A stretch of 64,000 nucleotides of DNA from Planctomycetota bacterium (GTDB taxonomy: Bacteria > Planctomycetota > UBA1135 > UBA2386). Location of the stretch: assembly GCA_965223545.1 (NCBI GenBank), contig OZ245006.1, forward strand, positions 2,848,001 to 2,912,000. The letters run 5' to 3'. Below are positions 56,925-64,000 of the stretch, piece by piece; position 1 is the stretch's first letter, and the number at the start of each line of letters is the position of its first letter. The position numbers were made by a program, and so were the translations under genes. The notes under the pieces are model-generated. The model had not been told where the DNA came from and ran no database searches. It saw nothing but the letters and a program-made list of their open reading frames with translations.

Positions 56925-58187
56925 ATGCCGGGGCTTCTCCATCCCAGCCGCCGACAGCTATTGGCCGCCGCCACCGCTGGTGCCGCGCTGCGTCCCCTGC
57001 TCGCGGCCAGCGTCGGTCGACGCCCACACCGCGCCCCGCGGCCCGGAGCAGCCGATGAGTACACGCTGAGCGCCGAGGTCACCTACCTCAACCACGCCGC
57101 GATCGGCACCATGCCCCGCGTGCTTCAGGAGCAACGCGCTGGCTACCTCGCGACGCTCGAAGAGAACCCGTGGCTGTACCTCTGGGGTGGCGGCTGGGAC
57201 GCGGCCAGGGAGCGCACGCGGGCAGCGATGGCGGCTTTGCTCGGCGCCACGGCCGAAGAGCTCGCCATCACCCACAACACCACCGAGGGATTCAACCTGC
57301 TCGCGTCGGGGCTGCCGCTCGCCGGGCCGCGCGCGGTCGCGTTCTCCGGCCTCAACCACCCCGGCGCAAGCGTCGCGTTCCGCCATTGGGGCGGCCGCCG
57401 CGGCTACAGCGTGCACGACATCCCCCTCGCCTACGACCGCGCCGCGGCGATGGACGACGCGGAGCTCGTTGCCGCGCACTGCGACGGTCTGGATGAGCGC
57501 ACACAGTTGCTCGTCTTGCCGCATCTCGACAACGCCATCGGCCGACGCCATCCTCTGCCCGAGCTGGTGGCCGCGGCGCGGCGGCGCGGCGTGCGCTGGG
57601 TCGCGGTCGACGGCGCGCAGACGGTCGGCATGGTCGACGTCGACGTGCGCGCGGCCGGCGTCGACTTCTACGCAACCAGCCCGCACAAGTGGCTGCAGGC
57701 ACCCAAGGGACTCGGCGCGCTGTACGTGGCGAACCGAGTCCTCGACGTGCTGCAGCCGATGTGGGTCACCTGGGGGCAGGAGCCTTGGGCTGGAACGGCG
57801 CGGTTGTTCGAGGACTACGGCACCCGCAATCTGCCGGAGGTGCTGGTGCTGGGCGACGCCGCGCTGCGGATGCGGACGCTCGCCGCGGGCGATCGCGACG
57901 AGCACCTGGGCGGACTGTGGCAGCGCCTGCGCGACGGCACCGCGGCGCGGCCACATTTGCGCTGGGAGGCCCCCGCGGACTGGGAGCGCGGCGGCGCGCT
58001 GGTCGCGATCGGGGTGCGCGGTCGCGACAGCCGCGAGGTGGCGGACCGGCTATGGCAGGAGCGCGGCATCGTCACGCGCGCGTTCCACAGCGAGGGCCTC
58101 GACGCACTGCGCGTCTCGCCCGGCCTGCCTACCACGGCGAAAGACGTAGACGCTCTGTTCACCGCGCTCGACCAGATGCGAGGCTGA
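56925..58187 (+). CDS. Class V PLP-dependent aminotransferase (isopenicillin-N-epimerase-like) with Tat signal
   Basis: SRRQLL Tat motif; YLNHAAIG, HNTTEG, VDGAQ, SPHKWL (PLP lysine). Confidence 0.85.
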   Translation: MPGLLHPSRRQLLAAATAGAALRPLLAASVGRRPHRAPRPGAADEYTLSAEVTYLNHAAIGTMPRVLQEQRAGYLATLEENPWLYLWGGGWDAARERTRAAMAALLGATAEELAITHNTTEGFNLLASGLPLAGPRAVAFSGLNHPGASVAFRHWGGRRGYSVHDIPLAYDRAAAMDDAELVAAHCDGLDERTQLLVLPHLDNAIGRRHPLPELVAAARRRGVRWVAVDGAQTVGMVDVDVRAAGVDFYATSPHKWLQAPKGLGALYVANRVLDVLQPMWVTWGQEPWAGTARLFEDYGTRNLPEVLVLGDAALRMRTLAAGDRDEHLGGLWQRLRDGTAARPHLRWEAPADWERGGALVAIGVRGRDSREVADRLWQERGIVTRAFHSEGLDALRVSPGLPTTAKDVDALFTALDQMRG

Positions 58188-58191
58188 TGCC

Positions 58192-58950
58192 GTGCTCGCC
58201 CTCGACGACGGCTATCACGAGCATCCCGTAGACGCCACGCTCGCCGCCACCGCGGAGTGTGTCTGGACCTTCGCCCCGGGGCGCGGCGCGCGGCATTCGA
58301 CGTTCCGCGTGCTGCCCGACGGCTGCGTCGACGTGCTCGTCGACCTCGCTGCCGGCACCGCGCGGCTCGTCGGCCCGATGACGCGGGCGATCGTGGTGGC
58401 CCAGGACCGACCGCACCTCGCGGTGCGGCTACGGCCGGGGCGCGCCGGCCGCCTGCTGCCGCTGCCGGTCGACGCATTGACCGATACCGTGGTCCCTCTG
58501 GCTGAACTGTTCGCCGAGGGTGAGCAGCTAGCCGAGCGGGTCGCGGCGGCGACCGACTTCGCGGTCGCACGGCGGCGCTTGTGCGCGTTCTTCACCCTCG
58601 ATGCGGCCGGTGAGTCGACCCATCACCGCCTCGCTGCGGCGGCGGCGGACGCCCTGGCCCGCCCGGCGGCGACGGTCGAATCCGTCGCGCGCGGACTCGG
58701 CGTCAGCCGCCAGCACCTGACACGGGTGTTCCGCCGCCACGCGGGACTCAGCCCGGTGCAGTGGACTCGGATCGCCCGCCTGCAGCGCGGCGTCGCGCTG
58801 GCACTCGACCCGGCCCCGTACGGCGAACGCCCTTCGTGGGCAGCGATCGCCGCGCGCGCGGGCTACGCCGATCAGTCCCACCTGATCGCGGAGACCAAGG
58901 CGCTGTGCGGGGTGACGCCGACCGGGCTGATCGCGGAGCGCGGCGAGTGA
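58192..58950 (+). CDS. AraC-family transcriptional regulator
   Basis: RVLPDGCVD N-terminal domain; SRQHLTRVFRRHAGLSP and GYADQSHL HTH. Confidence 0.88.
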   Translation: MLALDDGYHEHPVDATLAATAECVWTFAPGRGARHSTFRVLPDGCVDVLVDLAAGTARLVGPMTRAIVVAQDRPHLAVRLRPGRAGRLLPLPVDALTDTVVPLAELFAEGEQLAERVAAATDFAVARRRLCAFFTLDAAGESTHHRLAAAAADALARPAATVESVARGLGVSRQHLTRVFRRHAGLSPVQWTRIARLQRGVALALDPAPYGERPSWAAIAARAGYADQSHLIAETKALCGVTPTGLIAERGE

Positions 58951-59039
58951 ACGCGAAGCGAGAAAATCGAGTCTGACTCGGTACGGGTCGGTTCCGAATC
59001 TTCAAGTGCTGGCGGGCGGGGGGTGGCACGCTGCGCGGC

Positions 59040-59426
59040 ATGAAGAAACTGACCCCGATTCTCTACGTTGACTCGATCGAGAGCTGCCTGCCGTTTTGGT
59101 GTGAGCGACTGGGCTTCACCTGTCACTTGAAGGTGCCGGGCGAGGACGGGCTGAACTTCGCCGCGGTGCAACACGGGGAGATCGAGGTGATGCTGCAGAC
59201 CCGGGCAAACGCGGCGGAGGACGCGCCGGAGTTGACGGCCGGAGTGACCGGGGCGACCGTGCTGTTCGTCGAGGTGGACGCACTGCAACCGATCGAGGAC
59301 GCCCTGGCCGGAGTCGAAGTGGCGATGCCAAAGCGCAAGACGTTCTACGGCGCTACCGAGATCGCGGTGCGCGAGCCGGGTGGGCATCTCGTGGTGTTCG
59401 CCGAGTTCGAACCCCGCGCGGAGTGA
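59040..59426 (+). CDS. VOC/glyoxalase family protein
   Basis: LTPILYVDSIE..FW..LGF; FYGATEIAVREPGGH. Confidence 0.88.
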   Translation: MKKLTPILYVDSIESCLPFWCERLGFTCHLKVPGEDGLNFAAVQHGEIEVMLQTRANAAEDAPELTAGVTGATVLFVEVDALQPIEDALAGVEVAMPKRKTFYGATEIAVREPGGHLVVFAEFEPRAE

Positions 59427-59465
59427 TGCAGTAGGTGCCGGGTTGCCGGAGATTGTGCTCGCCTC

Positions 59466-60149
59466 TTGCCCCGGCGCGATCCGCCCGCTCCGCTGCCCAG
59501 CGTGACGGCATCCCTCCCCTCGACCTTCCGGCTCATCTTCTGGCCCACCGTGATCACCTGCGCCGTCGGCGCTCTACGCCTCTGGCTCGAGGTGCAGGGA
59601 TCGGTGACCGCCGCGACCGGAGGCCGGCTCCACCCACTCGGCATCACCTGGCTGGCGTTCGTCTTCGGCGGCTACTTCGGCTGGCGACTGCGCCGCGGCG
59701 GCTCGGCACCCGGCCTGCGCAAGGCGCCGCTGTGGGCGTTGCTGGCGATGATCGGCGTCGTTGCCGCGGTGATGATCAACTTCTCGCAGATCGACCCCAC
59801 CGATCGCTCGCAGGCGGGCTACGAAGCACTGCGCGGGGCGGTGCGCAACATCATCCTGATCGCGATCGCGCTCGCGCTGCTCACCGTCGCCATCTGGCGC
59901 CGGCTGGCCTGGACGCTGTTCTGCTACGGCCTGCTGGTCCGTTTGTTCGTCGTCGCGCAGACCTGGCTCGCGAAGAGCCAGGGGTGGGACACGCACTACA
60001 CCAAGTTCGGGCCCAGCGGCATCGAGCGGCCGATGGCCGAGACCATGTCATCGGCGAGCTTCGCGCAGCTCGGGTTCTGGGTCGCGTTCACGATGGTGGC
60101 CGGCGGCCTCGTCGGCTGCGTCGCGGGCGCCCTCGCCCGGCGGCGGTGA
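59466..60149 (+). CDS. Hypothetical polytopic membrane protein
   Basis: About six hydrophobic helices; WDTHY motif; start uncertain. Confidence 0.7.
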   Translation: MPRRDPPAPLPSVTASLPSTFRLIFWPTVITCAVGALRLWLEVQGSVTAATGGRLHPLGITWLAFVFGGYFGWRLRRGGSAPGLRKAPLWALLAMIGVVAAVMINFSQIDPTDRSQAGYEALRGAVRNIILIAIALALLTVAIWRRLAWTLFCYGLLVRLFVVAQTWLAKSQGWDTHYTKFGPSGIERPMAETMSSASFAQLGFWVAFTMVAGGLVGCVAGALARRR

Positions 60150-60173
60150 CGCGCGACGGCGAGCGCACGACGG

Positions 60174-60961
<788 letters not shown>

Positions 60962-60965
<4 letters not shown>

Positions 60966-62575
60966 CGCCCGTCGGCTCCCGGGGGCGGTGGCCAGACGCG
61001 GCGCAGAGCGGCGACCGGGATGACGTAGCCCATCGCCGGCGTGTAGGGCCCTTCCGGTGTGCGCTGTACGCGCGTGACCACGCCGAGGATGTTGCCGCGG
61101 CGATCGACCGCGGGGCCGCCGCTGTTGCCGGGGTGGACCGCGGCGTCGACCTGCACGTAGGGACCGACGACCCGGCTGACGATGCCTTTGAACGTCGAAG
61201 CGATCACGACGTCGCCCGCTTGGATCGCCATCTTGCCGAGCGGAAAGCCCGACAGGTAGACCTCACTGACCGACGACGGCGGCGCGCGGGTCACGTCGAT
61301 CGACTCGATGTGCGGCATGCCCTCGAACGGCTCGATGGACAGCAGCGCCATGTCGTCGTTGTTCTCGTAAACCGATCGCACCACGGCGGCGGGGTGGCGC
61401 TCGGCGGTGCCGTTGAACACGACCTGCACCTCGGTCTCGACCTCGAGCATCGAGCGCATGCGGACCACGACCGGGTTGGTGCGGCCGGGGTCCACGACGT
61501 GGGCGTTGGTGAGGATCCAGCCATCCGGCCCGACCGCGAAGCCGGAACCCGACGCCTCGACGGCGAACGGCTCGCCGCGGCCGTCGAGGTTGAATCGCAA
61601 CGTCGTCTCGTCCTCTTCGACCCGCAGGTAGTCACCGCCATCGGGTTGCCGCAGGCGGGTGGTCGCCTCGATGTAGACCACCGCGCGGGTGACGCGTTCG
61701 ACGGCCGCGAGCTGCGGCTGCTCCAGACTGACGTGATTGAAGCGGTCGAGCTTCTGCTGGGTCGTCGCCAGCTGCGCGCGCAGGCCCTCGAGCCGCGAGG
61801 CCGAGGTGCCGGCGTCGTTCTCGAGCTTGCCGATGCGCTGCATCAGACCGACGCGCTCGGTCTCGAGTCGGGTGCGCTCCTCCGACCAAACCGCCTCCTG
61901 CAGCGCCGCCGCGCGCGCCGCTGCCGAGCGCTGAGTCTGCAACTCCTGCCGCACGCCCTCGAGCCGCTCCGCCAGCGCCTCGTTGAGCGCGCGCAACCGC
62001 TGGTTCTCAGCACCGGCCTGGGCGCGCGTGGCCCAGAACACGCCGGCCGTCGCGACCACGGCAACGCTGAAGGCGGTGGCGACCAGGATCGTCGTCCGCC
62101 GCCGGTTGCCGCGAATCAGGTCGTCGACGTCGACGTTCTTCGGCACGCCGAGCGCATTCTTGATGCGCACCAGCGCGCTCTGCGTCAGATCCCGGTTCTC
62201 GCGGCTCCGCGGCAGCGGCACTCCGGGGAGCGTGTCGCGCAGCACGCCGCCACAGACCGCGGCAAAACGCGGCCCCATGTGGCCGAGCTGCACGATGTCG
62301 CCGTTGGCCAACCGCCGCTGCTCGACGCGTTCGCCGTTGACCAGCGTCCCGTTCTTCGAGCCCAGATCTTCGATCACCGGTATGCCGTCGATCAACCGGA
62401 CGCGGCAGTGCGTGCTCGACACGTAGGGGAACCGCTCCTCCGAGATGGAGACCTCGTTGGTGTCGGCGCGCCCGATGGTCACGCCGTCTTCGCTGACCTC
62501 GATGCGGGCCGACACGCCCTCGATGTCGGCGAGGGGCTTGAGCAGCCATTGGTCGTTGCAGTCTTCTGGGCGCAT
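60962..62575 (-). CDS. FHA-domain, membrane-anchored trypsin-like serine protease
   Basis: IGR..VSSTH..DLGSKNGT (FHA); TM; coiled coil; TNAHVV, DMALL, GNSGGP catalytic triad. Confidence 0.88.
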
Positions 62576-62746
62576 GCGCGGTGCACCCGAGTGTATGGCG
62601 ACGGTGCCGAGCGCGCGCAACGGCGCGGCCAGAAACCGCCCGCGGTCGGCCGCATTCGTCGGCACCGCGCGATGGGGTCACGACCGCAGCGCGAAATCCG
62701 TGAATTGCCTGCATCACCGGATCCGCGCCGGGGCTCTCCACCAGCG

Positions 62747-64000
62747 ATGACGCACGGCAACCGATCCCTGGAGACCACGCTCGCCCAGCACGCCCGCTTC
62801 GTGCGCGGCATCGCCACCGCCCTGACCCGCGACCACGACGTCGCCCACGACGCCGCAATGGCAGCGCTGCTGGCGCCATTGCCGACGGGAGTCCGCGACC
62901 CACGCGCTTGGTGGCGCCGCGTCGCGCAGAACGCCGTGCGCCGGCTGACGCGCGACCGCACGCGCCAGCGCTGGCACGAGGGCCGCACCGCCCCCCAGCC
63001 ATCGGCCCCACCGACCGCCGAAGTCGCGGAGAAGCACGAGCTCATCGAGAGCGTCGCCCGCGAAGTCGCCCGCCTGCGCGAGCCCTACCGCGCGACGATC
63101 CTGCTGCGCTTCTACGACGGGCTGTCCGCGCGCGAGATCGCCGAGCGCCAACAGGTCCCGCTCGCGACGGTGCGCAGCCGGGTGCAGCGCGGCACGGCGC
63201 AGCTGCGGGATGCCCTCGACCGGCGCCACCGCGATCGCGAAGACTGGCGCCCGGCGCTGGCTGCGCTGGCGCGACGGCCTATCCCGCTGACGCCGGCCAG
63301 CGGCCTGGCACGCCGCGTGCTGATCGGGGCGGCGGCCGCCGCCGCGGTCACTGCTCCTCTTCTCGTGTGGAGCGGTGCGACGCCGACTGGCCCCAACGCT
63401 GACCCGCTCCCGTCCGCCACCGTTCTCACCGAATGGGCCGACTTCGAGGGGGGCGACGCCCGCGCCGCGCGCGACGGCAGCCCCCCTGCAGCAAACCCCG
63501 TCGCGACAGTTCCCGCCCCGCCGCCGCGGACGGCGAGCGCGAGCACCGAGCCCCCTGTCTCGCCAATGCCGCCTCGCCTCACCTTCGTTCACGGCGTCGT
63601 CCTGGATCCGTGGGGGCAACCGCTGCCGAACGCCACGGTCTACCAGGGGACAGCCGATGCGTTGCGACCCGGCCCGGTCTCGGACGCCGACGGGCGCTTC
63701 GCGTTGGCGATCGAGCGCAGCTGTGCGTTCGCCGCCCTCCACGCGCAGCACGGCGCCAGCGGCAGGACGAACGTGGAGGTGTTTCAGACGCCGCTGCTCC
63801 ACATCCCGCCGAGCACCGCGGTCACTCTGCAAACCCGCGGCGATGGGGTCGGGGTCGCTGGCCTGATCGTCGATGAAACGGGCGTCGGCGTCGGCAACGC
63901 GACGGTGCAGATCACGCCATCCGCAGCAGGCGGTGACCCGGGCACACCGGCCGCGTTCGAGGTGCGAACGGACTCGGGCGGACGGTTCCGGCTGTTGGGG
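62747..64000 (+). CDS. ECF sigma-70 factor with C-terminal extension (3'-truncated by the window edge)
   Basis: Translated by hand from ATG 62747: ARFVRGIA...RAWWRRVAQN...LREPYRATILLRFYDGLSAREIA...TVRSRVQRG, then TM and GVVLD..G.P repeats; absent from the ORF track because no stop falls in the window. Confidence 0.85.
   Translation, partial: MTHGNRSLETTLAQHARFVRGIATALTRDHDVAHDAAMAALLAPLPTGVRDPRAWWRRVAQNAVRRLTRDRTRQRWHEGRTAPQPSAPPTAEVAEKHELIESVAREVARLREPYRATILLRFYDGLSAREIAERQQVPLATVRSRVQRGTAQLRDALDRRHRDREDWRPALAALARRPIPLTPASGLARRVLIGAAAAAAVTAPLLVWSGATPTGPNADPLPSATVLTEWADFEGGDARAARDGSPPAANPVATVPAPPPRTASASTEPPVSPMPPRLTFVHGVVLDPWGQPLPNATVYQGTADALRPGPVSDADGRFALAIERSCAFAALHAQHGASGRTNVEVFQTPLLHIPPSTAVTLQTRGDGVGVAGLIVDETGVGVGNATVQITPSAAGGDPGTPAAFEVRTDSGGRFRLLG

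Overview
High-GC bacterial chromosomal window, probably from a Planctomycetota genome. This is an inference from the PVC-type heme protein, the ECF sigma factors with large C-terminal extensions and the many secreted beta-propeller proteins. It holds about 50 CDS, one tRNA-Asp(GTC), one IS1634 element with clear terminal repeats, and two IS110 elements whose ends and putative guide RNAs can be read from the sequence. Highlights: (1) a translationally coupled three-gene cassette next to tRNA-Asp (TIGR04255-like, unknown, ADP-ribosyltransferase-like), a candidate toxin-antitoxin or anti-phage module; (2) a double-glycine precursor peptide with a WSW...FNPQPEPP core, followed by a C39 peptidase ABC transporter and HlyD, with no adjacent tailoring enzyme; (3) a roughly 120-130 aa C-terminal domain shared by about nine unrelated secreted proteins and also present as a stand-alone gene, a candidate sorting or anchoring signal; (4) a cytochrome P460-like/rhodanese fusion; (5) a sigma54 promoter cut off from its gene by IS1634; (6) two damaged secreted-protein genes. 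All family assignments come from motif recognition by eye, with no database search.
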